Positions 50,478 to 61,928 of a DNA stretch of 64,000 nucleotides are shown here, piece by piece; position 1 is the first letter of the stretch; each line of letters begins with the position of its first letter. The translations under genes were made by a program, and so were the position numbers. The DNA lies in NCBI GenBank assembly GCA_963705305.1, contig OY970067.1, positions 4,384,001-4,448,000 of the forward strand, given 5' to 3'. The DNA is from an uncultured Methylomirabilota bacterium (GTDB lineage Bacteria; Methylomirabilota; Methylomirabilia; Methylomirabilales; 2-02-FULL-66-22). Below the pieces are notes generated by a model that saw nothing but the letters and a program-made list of their open reading frames with translations, did no database searches and was not told the DNA's origin.

Positions 50478-51581
50478 ATGATCATCGATTGCCATGCGCA
50501 CGCCTTCCAGACCTGGCACAGTCTCTGCGGCCATGCCTCGCAGGAGGTGCACTGGAAGTACATCCAAAAGAATGTTACCCGGCCGTCGGCCGAAGTGCGG
50601 CGCGCCCGTGATGGCGCCCCGGCAAACACCCAGGGTCTGTTCCGGCCGGGCGACAACAGCTGGGCGGGACTCCGGGATGACGTTCGATTCCGTGTGGGAT
50701 GCTATGGGCGGCTGGAGTACACGCTGGACGGCGAGGATTACTGGATCCAGTACATGCCGGTCGGCATGGCGAACATCGAAGCGCCCCCGGAGTTGATGCT
50801 GGCCCAGATGTCCTACGTTGGCGTGGACCACTGCGTCTTGCAGGCCGGGATGAGCTATGGCGTGATGAACGCCTACAATGCCTTCTGCCAGACTCAGTAT
50901 CCTGACAAGTTCACAGGGCTGTTCCACGTGGACGAGCCGATAGCCGACACGCCGCGCTGGATGGAGGAAATAGAGCGGGCCAGGCACCGGCTGGGCCTCC
51001 GTGGGATCTACTACCAGCTCGACGGGTTCAGCCGGTACGGGTTCCAATGGGCCTTCGACGATCCCCGCTTCGACCGTTTCTGGGAGGCCATCGCCGCGAT
51101 GCGGATCCCCGTCTTCTTTGAGGCCTCCAATGTGCCAGACTACGACGAGAAGAGCTACATCGCCAACATGCAACGTTTGGACCGGCTGCTCACGCGCTTC
51201 CCTGCCACGCGCTGGCTCTTGGTGATGGGACCGCCCGTCCAGTTTTTCGCCAAGCAGGGCCGGTGGCAGTTCCCTGCGGAAGTCGCCAACGCCTACGGCC
51301 GGGAGAACCTCCAGATCGAGATCATGTTCCCCATCACCTGGGGTGGGCGCTGGGACTACCCGTACCCCGAGGCGCAGGCGCTCATCAAGGACCTGCGCGA
51401 TCGGTATGGCGCGCACAAGCTGCTGTGGGGGTCGGACATGCCCAACGTCGAACGGTTCTGCACGTACCGGCAGTGCCTGGACTATGTCCGGCGGTACTGC
51501 GACTTCCTCACCCCCAAGGAAAAGGAGATGGTTCTGGGCGGAAATGCGGCCGAACTCTGCGGAATCGGAGGACGGGCCTGA
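50478..51581 (+). CDS. Amidohydrolase family protein
   Basis: IIDCHAH, LLWGSDMP, VLGGNA. Confidence 0.88.
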   Translation: MIIDCHAHAFQTWHSLCGHASQEVHWKYIQKNVTRPSAEVRRARDGAPANTQGLFRPGDNSWAGLRDDVRFRVGCYGRLEYTLDGEDYWIQYMPVGMANIEAPPELMLAQMSYVGVDHCVLQAGMSYGVMNAYNAFCQTQYPDKFTGLFHVDEPIADTPRWMEEIERARHRLGLRGIYYQLDGFSRYGFQWAFDDPRFDRFWEAIAAMRIPVFFEASNVPDYDEKSYIANMQRLDRLLTRFPATRWLLVMGPPVQFFAKQGRWQFPAEVANAYGRENLQIEIMFPITWGGRWDYPYPEAQALIKDLRDRYGAHKLLWGSDMPNVERFCTYRQCLDYVRRYCDFLTPKEKEMVLGGNAAELCGIGGRA

Positions 51582-51719
51582 TTGCGGAGGAAGGATCGGC
51601 GGGTCCATGATCCATCGCTGCAGGGTCATGATCGAGCTGTCCCGTTGCCCAGTCGCACGCAACCTCATTGAGTGCAGTCGAGCCATCGACTGCGAATCTT
51701 CCACGAAAGGGGATCGCGT

Positions 51720-52844
51720 ATGAGCACCCGCCCGCCCGCCGAGATCGGCGTGCCGCTGGAGGCCGTGGACACGCCGGCGCTGCTCGTGGATCTTGACGCC
51801 TTCGAGCGGAATGTCGACCGGATGGCCCGCGCCGTGGCCGGCTCGCCGGCCCGGCTCCGCCCCCATGCCAAGAGCCACAAGTGCCCCGTCATCGCCCTCC
51901 GCCAGATGAAGAGCGGCGCTGTGGGGGTCTGCTGCCAGAAGGTGAGCGAGGCCGAGGCCATGGTCCACGGCGGCGTTTCCAACGTGCTGGTGAGCAACGA
52001 GGTCGTCGGTTCCTCTAAGATCGCCCGGCTGGCGGCGCTGGCCAAGGAGGCCTGGGTGGCCGTCTGCGCGGACGATGCCGGCAACGTCGACGCGCTGAAT
52101 GAGGCGGCGGTCGTCTTCGGCGTCCGCCTGCCGGTCCTGGTCGAGATCAACGTGGGCGCCGACCGCTGCGGGGTGGAGCCCGGAGAGCCGGCGCTGGCCC
52201 TAGCCCGGCAGATCGCCGCGTCGCGCGGGCTCGAATTCGCCGGACTGCAGGCGTACCATGGTGCGGCCCAGCATGTGCGGGAATTCGCACGGCGCAAGGA
52301 GGCCATCGACGCCGCCGTCGAGAAGACGCGCCGCACGGTGGAGCTGCTCCAGCGTCATGGCCTGACCTGCCGGCTGGTGTCGGGCGCGGGGACCGGGTCC
52401 TATGCATTCGAGGCAGCCAGCGGCGTGTTCAATGAGCTCCAGGCCGGCTCGTACATCTTCATGGACGCCGACTACGCCAGGAACCTCACGGCGGCCGGAA
52501 CCCCCGGAGGGGAGTTCGAGCACAGCCTGTTTGTGTATGCCACGGTGATGAGCCGACCGACGCCGGAGCGGGCGGTCCTCGACGCGGGCCTCAAGGCCCT
52601 GAGCGTGGACTCGGGTCTCCCCTGGGTGGCCGATCTGCCTGACGTGGAATATGTCCGGGCGGCCGACGAGCACGGCAAGCTGGCGCTGAAGGATCCCGCC
52701 CGGACCCTGCGGGTGGGCGACAAGCTTCGTCTGATCCCCGGCCACTGCGACCCGACGGTGAATCTGTACGACTGGTATGTCGGCATCCGCAACGGCCGGG
52801 TGGAGGCGCTGTGGCCCATCACGGCCCGCGGCGCCGTCCTCTAG
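51720..52844 (+). CDS. DSD1/D-threonine aldolase family PLP enzyme
   Basis: TPAL, RPHAKSHK, RCG, GSYIFMD, DEHG, PGHCDPTVN. Confidence 0.92.
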   Translation: MSTRPPAEIGVPLEAVDTPALLVDLDAFERNVDRMARAVAGSPARLRPHAKSHKCPVIALRQMKSGAVGVCCQKVSEAEAMVHGGVSNVLVSNEVVGSSKIARLAALAKEAWVAVCADDAGNVDALNEAAVVFGVRLPVLVEINVGADRCGVEPGEPALALARQIAASRGLEFAGLQAYHGAAQHVREFARRKEAIDAAVEKTRRTVELLQRHGLTCRLVSGAGTGSYAFEAASGVFNELQAGSYIFMDADYARNLTAAGTPGGEFEHSLFVYATVMSRPTPERAVLDAGLKALSVDSGLPWVADLPDVEYVRAADEHGKLALKDPARTLRVGDKLRLIPGHCDPTVNLYDWYVGIRNGRVEALWPITARGAVL

Positions 52845-52998
52845 CAGGCTGCTGAAAAAGGCCCATCTGCTGCGTTGGCCCGCTCCCGCGACGCTGCGGC
52901 GTACCGGAAGTACGCCTCGCGCCGCGGATCGCGTGCCGCCTTGCATCTGGGCCTTTTTGAGCAGCCTGACAGAAAATGACTTTTTCAGCACCCTGCGA

Positions 52999-53209
52999 GT
53001 GTAGTGCGTCGGAAACCTCTTGACGTTTCGTCACCCCGGCCCCGGCGTTCGACAGGGTCCGGGACCGGGGATCTAGTGGATTCCGGCTTCCGCCGGAATG
53101 ACGGCCGGGGGCCAGTCCGTGAAATGGATCCCGGTGTGATACCCTGGATGCCGGCTTTCGCCGGCATGACGGCCCCGTGAGAGTAAAGAAGCGTTTGGCG
53201 CCTTACACT
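52999..53209. mobile_element. IS630-like MITE (family I) carrying CGTC-type palindromes; second copy 63099-63249
   Basis: GTGTAGTGCGTC...TTACAC ends; internal CGTCACCCCGGC...GCCGGCATGACG. Confidence 0.7.
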
Positions 53210-54680
53210 CATCGCCGCTAAGTTAATTATGTTTCATCTACAACTACGCGGATTTGCTATACTGAGAGCCCATAGACCTTCACATGGAAGGAGGGACTAT
53301 GGGCAGACCGCGCTCGGCCCCGGTGTCGGTCGATATCGTCCGTGTCCTGGAGCTCCTGCGCACCCACATCACCGCCGCTCTCTGCCAGACCGTCTTCGCC
53401 ACCGTCCGCATCCGGGAACGCCAGCGCCGCTGGACGCTGCAAGCGCTCGTGGAGTTCTGGCTCGCCGTGATCCTGCGGGCGCCCCGGGCGTTGAGCCAGG
53501 CCCTGTACGAGACCCTGGAGGGCTCCGAACCGCTCTTCCCGCTGGTCGCAGCCACGCCCGAGGCGTTCTTCCAGCGGTGTCAGACGCTCCGGGTGGCCTT
53601 CTTCGCCGAGGTCTTCACGCGGTTCACGGCCCAACTCCTCGCCGCCGTCCCGCCCCGCTTCTCGGCAGAGGACGCCCCGCTCGCGGCGCGGTTCGCCGCG
53701 GTGTGCGTGGTGGATGGCTCGCGGCTCGCCGCGATTGCCCACCGGTTGAAACTCCTCTGGGCCGAGCGGGCGGTGGTCCTGCCCGGCTGTCTCCTCGCCA
53801 TCTACGACGTGACCCACGGGCTCTGTCGCATGCTCGCCTTCGAGCCGGACGTCGCGGCCCCCGAGCATCCCCGGGGGCTGGCCGCCCTGGCGGCCCTCCC
53901 GCCGGATACGCTGGCCCTGGGCGACCGCCTGTACTGCACGGCCCAGTGGTTCGCCACCCTCACGGCGCAGGGCTGCTGGGGCCTCGCCCGCCGCAATCGG
54001 CGCCTCACGGTGCAGAAGCGCCAGTGCCTCGCGCGGCGGCCCCATGCGGGGGGCTGGCTGGAGGACTGGCTGGTCCGCGCCGGCAAGGCCCCGGGCGTCC
54101 CGGTCCAGCCCCTCCGGTACATTCGCTGGCACCGGGGGGCTACGGTGCGCGTCCTGTGCACCAACGTCCTGGACCCGACCCGGCTGGCCGCCGCCGAGGC
54201 GCTCGCCCTCTACCCCCGCCGGTGGAGCGTGGAACGCCTCTTCTTCGACCTCAAAGAAGTCCTGAACCTGAACCGGGTCTATGCCGCGAACCCGAACGCG
54301 ATCGCAATGCAGGTCTACGCGGCGGGCTGCGTGTACAACGCGCTCCGGGTGGCCCAGGGCGAGGTGGCTGTCGCCGCGGGGCTCGCCCCCGAGGCGATCT
54401 CCCCGGCGAAATTCTTCCCGAAGCTGGCGGCGGCGTGCCACTGCTACGCCCTCTGCGAACTGTGGTTTGCCGAAGCGAAGCGCGCGAACCGCGGGCGGCG
54501 CCTGTGCAAGCCGTCCCTGGAAACCCGCCGCTTTGCCCACGTCGCGCTAGACGCGATCCTCGTCGAGTCGCGGAAGGGTCCGCGGAAGAAACGCCGCTTC
54601 TGCAAGGCCCGCCGGAAGTGGAAGTCGCTGGCACATGTGCCCGGCGGTCGTAAACTGCTCAAATTAACTTAGCGGCGATG
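53210..54680 (+). mobile_element. IS4-family insertion sequence
   Basis: 19-bp perfect IR CATCGCCGCTAAGTTAATT; 11-bp duplication CGCCTTACACT at 53199-53209 and 54681-54691. Confidence 0.95.
53284..54672 (+). CDS. IS4-family DDE transposase
   Basis: VDGS, GDRLY, YPRRWSVERLFFDLK (YREK motif). Confidence 0.93.
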   Translation: MEGGTMGRPRSAPVSVDIVRVLELLRTHITAALCQTVFATVRIRERQRRWTLQALVEFWLAVILRAPRALSQALYETLEGSEPLFPLVAATPEAFFQRCQTLRVAFFAEVFTRFTAQLLAAVPPRFSAEDAPLAARFAAVCVVDGSRLAAIAHRLKLLWAERAVVLPGCLLAIYDVTHGLCRMLAFEPDVAAPEHPRGLAALAALPPDTLALGDRLYCTAQWFATLTAQGCWGLARRNRRLTVQKRQCLARRPHAGGWLEDWLVRAGKAPGVPVQPLRYIRWHRGATVRVLCTNVLDPTRLAAAEALALYPRRWSVERLFFDLKEVLNLNRVYAANPNAIAMQVYAAGCVYNALRVAQGEVAVAAGLAPEAISPAKFFPKLAAACHCYALCELWFAEAKRANRGRRLCKPSLETRRFAHVALDAILVESRKGPRKKRRFCKARRKWKSLAHVPGGRKLLKLT

Positions 54681-54748
54681 CGCCTTACACTGGCAACCTG
54701 CTGAGGCTGACGTTCCGGCCCGCTTCCGGATACCAGGAGGAACATCCG

Positions 54749-55660
54749 ATGCGACTGTTGACCTTTACCCGACCCAGCGATCCCGTCCGCCGTCTGGGCC
54801 TGCTCGTGCAGGAGGACCAGGTGCTGGACCTACGGGCGTACGCGCAATCCGCCCGCCCGCTGCCGTTCGATCCGGGCGACATGATCTCGCTGATCGAGTC
54901 CGGCCCGGCGGGATTGGAGGCCCTGCGCCAGGCCGCCCAGGCTTCGGCCCCGCTCGTTCCGCTGGTGGGGCTTCGCATCCTGGCCCCCATCCCCCGCCCG
55001 CGCAAGAACGTGTTCTGCGTCGGCTGGAACTACCTGGAGCACTTTGCCGAGGGGGCCAAGTCCCGCCAGAGCAACCAGGAGTTCCCCGCCCATCCGGTCT
55101 TTTTCACCAAGGCGCCCACCAGCGTCACGGGTCCCTACGACCCCATCCCCTTCGATCCCGCGGTGTCGGAGAAGATCGATTGGGAAGTGGAGCTGGGGGT
55201 GGTGGTCGGCGCACCGGGGAAGAACCTCACCGAGGCGGCCGCCCCCCGGCATGTCTTCGGCTACACGGTCCTGAACGACGTGTCGGCCCGCGACCTCCAG
55301 CGCCGTCACGGCGGGCAGTGGTTCAAGGGGAAGAGCCTTGACGGGTTCTGCCCCATGGGTCCGTGGATCGTTACGGCGGACGAGGTGAACCCGGATGCTC
55401 TGCAGGTGATCACCCGGGTCAACGGCGTGGTGAAGCAGGACTCCAATACGAAGCTCTTCTACTTCAAGATTCCCTGCATGCTGGCCGAGCTGTCGCTGGG
55501 CATCACCCTCGAGCCGGGCGACATCCTCTCCACGGGGACACCGTCAGGGGCGGGGTTTGCCCGGAACCCGCCGGAGTACCTGAAGCCGGGGGACATCATG
55601 GAGACCGAGATCGTGGGGATCGGCACGCTGCGCAATCGGGTGGAGCAGGCGAGGAAATAA
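54749..55660 (+). CDS. Fumarylacetoacetate hydrolase family protein
   Basis: CVGWNY..H, DWEVEL, NDVSARD, GKSLD, TGTPSG. Confidence 0.93.
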   Translation: MRLLTFTRPSDPVRRLGLLVQEDQVLDLRAYAQSARPLPFDPGDMISLIESGPAGLEALRQAAQASAPLVPLVGLRILAPIPRPRKNVFCVGWNYLEHFAEGAKSRQSNQEFPAHPVFFTKAPTSVTGPYDPIPFDPAVSEKIDWEVELGVVVGAPGKNLTEAAAPRHVFGYTVLNDVSARDLQRRHGGQWFKGKSLDGFCPMGPWIVTADEVNPDALQVITRVNGVVKQDSNTKLFYFKIPCMLAELSLGITLEPGDILSTGTPSGAGFARNPPEYLKPGDIMETEIVGIGTLRNRVEQARK

Positions 55661-56024
55661 GACAATTATTGAACCTTGCCTAAGTAATGGGCCATTTGGA
55701 ATCTCAATAATGGAGCCGGGCCGAGGTGCCCTCTCGACGCCTGGCGCCTGCACCCACCCTGCGGGCGGGTACCCGATGCCGGCTCGCCCTTGCTCCGGGT
55801 CGTCGCGCGGGACGCGCTCCTCCACGCCGCCGGTTTGTCGCTGGCAAACCGCGGCGACCGGACCCGGGCTCGCCCGCGGGCGCGGCGCTCCCGGGCACCC
55901 CGGCCCGACTCCAACCGGATCGTCGGATTCCCTTTACAAGGTTCAATGATCTCGCAACGGCCCCTTAGAAAGCGAAGAGAAGCAGTCAGGCTGCTTCCCT
56001 TCGTGTTTTGCGGGCTGGCGCGGG

Positions 56025-57218
56025 TCAGCCGCGGGCGGCCGGCGGGTGCTTCTGGTAGACCTCGTTGGCCGCCGCGATCCCCGATCCGCAGCGGAAGCCT
56101 TCGGCCGGCAGGATCCGCTCCAGGGCCGAGAGGAGGAGCAGGACGTTCCCGGCCCGGGAGTTCATGCCCATCAGGCCGATCCGCCAGATCTTGCCCTTGA
56201 GGGCGCCCAGGCCCCCGCCGATCTCAACCCCGAAGTCCTGGAGCAGCCGCCCGCGGACCTTGGCGTCGTCCACTCCCTCCGGGATGCGGACCGCATTCAG
56301 CGTCCAGAGCCGGCAGGCCGGCTCCACCAGCATGTGGAGCCCCATGGCCTCCAGGCCCGCCACCAGGGCCAGGTGGTTCACCCGGTGCCGCTCGAAGCGG
56401 GCCGCCAGCCCCTCCTCCTCCACCATGCGGAGGGCCTCCAGCAGGGCGTAGTAGAACGACAGGGGGGGCGTATGGTGGTAGAACTGGCCGGCTGTCCAGT
56501 ACTGCCCGAACAGGGCTGCGTCCAGATAGTAGCTCTGCACCTTGCGCGTCCGGCCGCGCGCCGCCTCCATTGCCCGCGGCGAGAAGGTCACCGGCGAGAG
56601 TCCCGGGGGGGCGCTGAGGGCCTTCTGCGTCCCCGAGTAGCAGGCGTCGATCCCGTGCCGGTCCACCTCGATGGGGTGGCCGGCCAGGCTGGTCACCGCG
56701 TCCACCAGCAGCAGGACCCCGTACCGTTCGGCGAGCGGGCGCAGGCCGTCCAGGGGCTGGAGCACCCCGGTCGAGGTCTCGGCGTGGACCACCGCCAGGA
56801 CCTTGGTGCCGGGCGTCTTCCGGAGCGCCTCCTCCAGCCGCTCGAACGGGATCGGCCGCCCCCAATCCGCCGGAACCGTGACGGCCGTCCCGCCGCACCG
56901 CTCCACGATCTGGAGCATGCGGTCGCTGAAGAAGCCGTTGTACCCGATCACCACCCGGTCTCCGGGCTCGACGAGATTGACCAGCGCCGCCTCCATGCCG
57001 GCGCTCCCCGTGCCGGAGATGGGAAAGGTGGCCTCGTGGTCCGCTCCGAAGGCCAGATTCAGCAGGCGGCGGATTTCGCCGGTCAGCTCGCGCAGGCACG
57101 GATCGAAGTAGCCGACCATCTGGGCCCCCATCGCCAGCAGGACCCGCTCCTCGACGTTGCTCGGCCCGGGCCCCAAAAGCAGCCGAGCCGGTGGATGAAA
57201 GGTCTTGGAGATCGTCAT
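56025..57218 (-). CDS. Alanine-glyoxylate aminotransferase family (class V)
   Basis: [32 protein letters not shown]. Confidence 0.93.
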   Translation of the reverse strand: MTISKTFHPPARLLLGPGPSNVEERVLLAMGAQMVGYFDPCLRELTGEIRRLLNLAFGADHEATFPISGTGSAGMEAALVNLVEPGDRVVIGYNGFFSDRMLQIVERCGGTAVTVPADWGRPIPFERLEEALRKTPGTKVLAVVHAETSTGVLQPLDGLRPLAERYGVLLLVDAVTSLAGHPIEVDRHGIDACYSGTQKALSAPPGLSPVTFSPRAMEAARGRTRKVQSYYLDAALFGQYWTAGQFYHHTPPLSFYYALLEALRMVEEEGLAARFERHRVNHLALVAGLEAMGLHMLVEPACRLWTLNAVRIPEGVDDAKVRGRLLQDFGVEIGGGLGALKGKIWRIGLMGMNSRAGNVLLLLSALERILPAEGFRCGSGIAAANEVYQKHPPAARG

Positions 57219-57310
57219 GGGTATCTCCCCTTTCCAGAGCAGTACAGCGGTTTGAGTAAGAGAGCTTCGGCCATTGCCCCCGCGCGCCTCCGGCGGCCTC
57301 GCGGCCGCCG

Positions 57311-60300
57311 TTACGCGATGTTGAAGTACTTCGCCTCCGGGTGGTGCACGACGATGGCGGAGGTGGACTGCTCGGGATCCAGCTGGAACTCCTCCGAGAG
57401 CTCGACCCCGATGCGCTCCGGCTCCAGCAGGGCGCACAGCTTCTGCTGATCCTGCAAGTCGGGGCACGCCGGGTAGCCGAAGCTGTAGCGGGCCCCGCGG
57501 TAGCCCTGATGGAAGATGCGCAAGAGATCCGGCGAATCCTCGCCCGCGATTCCCAGCTCGCGCCGCATGCGGGCGTGCCAGTACTCGGCCAGGGCCTCGG
57601 CGCATTCCACCGACAGGCCGTGCAGGTAGAGGTAGTCGGTGTAGTTGTGCGCCTCGAACAGCTCCCGCGTCACCTCGGAGGCGCGCCGCCCCACCGTGAC
57701 CAGCAGGCATCCCAGCACATCCATCCGCCCCGAATCCACGCCTGCAAAGAAATCGGCGATGCACAGCCGCCGCCCGGCCGGCTGCCGGGGAAACGTGAAG
57801 CGCAGGCGGGGCGTGCGGCCGTCCTCATGGTAGACGATGAGGTCCTCTCCCTCCGACTGGCAGGGGAAGTACCCATAGACCACCCGCGGCGTCAGAATCT
57901 TCTCCTCCTCGACGCGCGCCTTCCACCGTTCGTAGATGGGGCGGACGTGGCCGCGGATCAGCTCGTCGAACCGGTCCCGGGGACCCTTGCCCCGGTGGAA
58001 CTGCCACTGCGTCCGGAACAGGGCCACCTCGTTGACGAAGGCGAAAATCTCCGGCAGGGGAATGTCGGTCACCACCCGGGTGCCGGAGAACGGCGGCGCG
58101 GGAATCGGCGCATCCATCCGGACATCGCTCCGCACTCGCGGGCCGGCCGGCGGCGTCCCGCCCGGAGCCGGCCGGGCCACCGGCGCCCGCCGGACGCCCA
58201 GCGCGCGGGGAACCGCCGCCTCCGCCGGGTCCCGGGACACGATCTCTTCCATCAGCCGCAGGCCGTCGAAGGCGTCGCCCGCGTACCGGACCTCGCCCTT
58301 GTAGACACCCTGCAGATCCTCTTCCACATACCGCTGCGTGAGGGCGGCCCCCCCGAGGATCACCGGGAACCGCCACAGGTCCCGCGCGTTCAGCTCCTCC
58401 AGATTCTCCCGCATCACCAGCGTGGATTTCACCAGGAGGCCGCTCATGCCGATGGCGTCCGCTTTGCGCGTGAGGGCCGCCTCGACGATGTTGTGGATGG
58501 GCTGCTTGATCCCCAGATTGACGACGGTGTAGCCGTTGTTGCTGAGAATGATATCCACCAGGTTCTTGCCGATGTCGTGGACATCCCCCTTCACCGTGGC
58601 CAGGACGATGGTCCCCTTACTCTGCCCTCCCGTCCTGGCCATGAACCGCTCCAGATACCCGACCGCCGCCTTCATCACCTCCGCCGACTGGAGCACAAAG
58701 GGGAGCTGCATCTGGCCGCTGCCGAACAGGTCCCCCACGGTCTTCATCCCGTCGAGCAGGATCTCGTTGATGATGGTCAAGGCATCGTGCGTCCGGAGGG
58801 CCTCGTCCAGAAGCGGTTCCAGCCCCGGCCGCTCGCCGTCCACGATGCGGGCCTTCAGCCGGTCCTCCAGGCTGGCGGACGCCCCCGGCGCCGCCGCCAC
58901 CCGGGCCGCGCCGTCCGCGGGGAACAATCCCATGAACTCCGTCAGGGGATCGGAGCCGTCCCGGCGATCATCGAAGATGAGCCGGCGCGCCACCTCGAGC
59001 TGCCGGGGATCGATGCGGTTGAGGGGCAGAATCCGCGAGACGTTCACGATAGCCGCGTCCAGGCCGGCCTGGATGGCCAGGTGCAGGAAGACACTGTTCA
59101 GGACCTGCCGGGCCGCCGGCTTGAGGCCGAAGGAGACGTTGCTCACCCCCAGGATGGTGAACACCCCCGGCAGCTCGGCCTTGATGCGCCGGATGGCCTC
59201 CAGGGTGGCCATGGCATCCTTGCGGAGATCCTCCTGGCCCGACCCCAGGGGGAACGTCAGGGCGTCGAAGATGAGAATCCGAGGGCTCCAACCCGTAGGT
59301 GCCGACGGCGAGATCATGCAGCCGGTGGGCTACCCGGAGCTTCCAGTCCACCGTGCGCGCCTGCCCCTCCTCGTCGATCAGGAGGCAGACCGCCGCCGCC
59401 CCGTACCGCCGGGCCATGGGAAAGAGGCGCGCCGGCCGGCCGCCTTCGCCGTCCTCAAGATTCACCGAGTTGATCACCGCCCGGCCGCCGATCCACTTCA
59501 GGGCCGCCTCGATCACCGGCGCCTCGGTGGAGTCGATGACCAAGGGCAGGGTGCACTGCGTCACGAAGCGGCGCACGACCTCCCGCACGTCGGCCGTCCC
59601 GTCCCGCCCCACGTAGTCCACGCACACATCCAAGACGTGCGCCCCCTCCCTGGCCTGCTCGCGCGCCATGGCCACCATCCCGTCGTGGTCCCCCGCCAGC
59701 AGGTGGTCGCGAAACTGCTTGGACCCGTTGGCGTTGGTTCGTTCTCCCACGATCAGGAAGCTCTGGTCCTGCCGGAATGGCGCGCTCACATACAGGCTGG
59801 AGGCCCCCGGGATGTACTCCGGTTTGCGGGGCGCCGGGGGACGGCTTCCGATCGCCTCCACCACCCGTTTGAGGTGGGCGGGCGTGGTCCCGCAGCAGCC
59901 CCCCACGATGTTCACCCCCATCTCCTCCACGAAGAGCCGGTGGTGGGCGGCCAGCTCGTCGGGCGTCAGGCGGTAGGTGGCGCGCCCGCCTTCCATGATG
60001 GGCAGCCCGGCGTTGGGGAGACAGGAGATGGCCTTCCGGCTGTACCGACCCAGGTAGCGGATGTGCTCCACCATCTCCTGGGGTCCCGTGGCGCAGTTCA
60101 GGCCGATCGCCTCCAGGGGATAGGCCTCCAGGGCGGTGAGCGCGGCCCCGATCTCGGTACCCAGGAGCATGGTCCCCGTGGCCTCCAGCGTCACCTGGAC
60201 CATCAGAGGCAGCCGGCTGCCGGCCGCCCGCATGGCGTCCATGCAGCCGGCCACGGCCGCTTTGGCCTGCAGCAGGTCCTGGCAGGTCTCGATCAGCAGG

Positions 60301-60761
60301 ACATCCGCCCCGCCGTCCAGCAGGCCGCGGGCCTGCTCTGCATACATGCCGACCAGCTCGTCGAAGGCAATCTGCCCCAGCGAGGGCAGCCGCGTTCCCG
60401 GTCCGATGGATCCCACCACGAAGCGCGGCCGTTCGGGCGTGGAGAAGTCGTCCGTCACCTCCCGGGCCAGGCGGGCTGCCGCCCGGTTGATCTCGTACGC
60501 CCGGTCGGCCAGGTCGTACTCCCCCAGGACCAGCCGGCTGGCCCCGAAGGTGTCCGTCTCCACCGCGTCGCAGCCAACGTCCAGGAACCCCGCATGGATC
60601 TCCCGGATGATGCGGGGGCGCGTGAGGACCAGGATCTCGTTGCACCCGTCCTTCCCCCCGAAGTCGTCGGGGCTGAGGCCCCGGTCCTGGATGGAGGTCC
60701 CCATCGCTCCGTCGAAGATCAGGACCCGCTCGCGCAGCGCGGCTCGAAAATCTCGCGTCAT
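57311..60761 (-). pseudogene. metH: B12-dependent methionine synthase with single +1 frameshift near 59277
   Basis: [34 protein letters not shown]; ..LEPSD|LIFDAL.. split by one extra base. Confidence 0.9.
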
Positions 60762-61756
60762 CGTCCGTCGCACTCCGGGCGCGCGCAGGACATCGCCTCG
60801 ATCCCGCGGATAATCCGATAGAGCAGCCGCACCACCGGCAGCGCCACCCCGTGCTCGTCGGCCAGCCGCACGACATGGCCGAGGACCTGATCGGCCTCGG
60901 TGCGCTTCCCGCGCTCCAGGTCCTGCAGCATGGAGATCCGCACTCCGGTCATCCCCTGCTCCCGCATGGCCCGTCCCCGCGCCTGGACGGAATCCACCGC
61001 CTCCTCGAGCGGAAGGGTGCAGAGCGTCTTCACGGGGAGGCCCGGAAGGTCCACCAAGGGGATGTTCAACCGCTGGGCAATCTGGGCCACCTCACGGCTG
61101 ATCTCGACGAAGAGCCCGGCCAGCTCGCGATCCAGGTAGATCTCGTGGATGCACAGGCGGGTCACGCACGAGAGGGCCGCCGCCGGCACCATCTGGTTCA
61201 GCTTGCACCAGATGGTGCTCTGGATGTCGCTCCGGATCTCGATGGGGAGGCCGGCCCGCCGCCAAAGATCCTGCAGGGCCTCCACCCGGGCCGTCCGCCG
61301 GCCGTCGAACTCCCCGACCCAGGTCCCGCCCCGGTTGGTGTGGACCACCCGGCCCGGCTCGGGCATGCTGCCGCCCACCAGCGTCGCCGCCCCCACCACC
61401 GCATCCCCTCCGAACGTGGCCGTCAGCTCCCCGTCCTTTCCCCAGCCGTTCTGGACCGAGATGGCCATCCCCACTCTGCCCCGCAGATGCAAAACGGAAC
61501 GCAGCGCTTCGTCGGTATGGAAGCTCTTCACCGCCAGAATCAGGAGATCGGCGGACGGCACCTCGGACGGATCGTCGGTCGCCTGGAGGCCCCGCACCAC
61601 CCGGCGCCCCGACAGGCCCTCGATGGTCAGGCCAGCCGCCCGGATCGCCTCGACATGGGGCCGGCGGGCCACCAGCGTGACCTCGCTCCCGGCCTCGGCC
61701 AGATACCCGCCCAGGATGCTTCCCAGCGCCCCCGCCCCCAGAATCACCGTCTTCAC
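60758..61756 (-). CDS. Ketopantoate reductase family protein
   Basis: GAGALG, VKS, QNG, KL, SMLQD...TE. Confidence 0.88.
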   Translation of the reverse strand: MKTVILGAGALGSILGGYLAEAGSEVTLVARRPHVEAIRAAGLTIEGLSGRRVVRGLQATDDPSEVPSADLLILAVKSFHTDEALRSVLHLRGRVGMAISVQNGWGKDGELTATFGGDAVVGAATLVGGSMPEPGRVVHTNRGGTWVGEFDGRRTARVEALQDLWRRAGLPIEIRSDIQSTIWCKLNQMVPAAALSCVTRLCIHEIYLDRELAGLFVEISREVAQIAQRLNIPLVDLPGLPVKTLCTLPLEEAVDSVQARGRAMREQGMTGVRISMLQDLERGKRTEADQVLGHVVRLADEHGVALPVVRLLYRIIRGIEAMSCARPECDGR

Positions 61757-61899
61757 GCTCTGTCACTCCCTTCCGTCCTGTCCGCCCCCGCCGCGGCGGA
61801 CGGCGGCCCCTCGCCGATCCCGAACCCCGTGAACACTCTAAGCGGCCGGCGGGGTCCCCTCCGCCGGCCGCCTACGGGTGCGCCCATTTCCGGACCCGG

Positions 61900-61928
61900 A
61901 CACTAGCACGTGTACCCGGAGGGGTCAA
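61900..61928 (-). promoter_or_regulatory. Sigma70-like promoter for ketopantoate reductase-metH operon
   Basis: TTGACC-17-TAGTGT. Confidence 0.45.

Noticed and set aside
23045..60821. Long antisense or overlapping ORFs (e.g. 23045-24997, 46005-47951, 57341-59473, 58536-60821)
   Set aside because: Shadows of well-supported genes, expected in high-GC DNA; no recognisable motifs
61760..61895. SAM or cobalamin riboswitch upstream of the metH operon
   Set aside because: An 11-bp hairpin (61842-61871) is present but I see no riboswitch consensus elements
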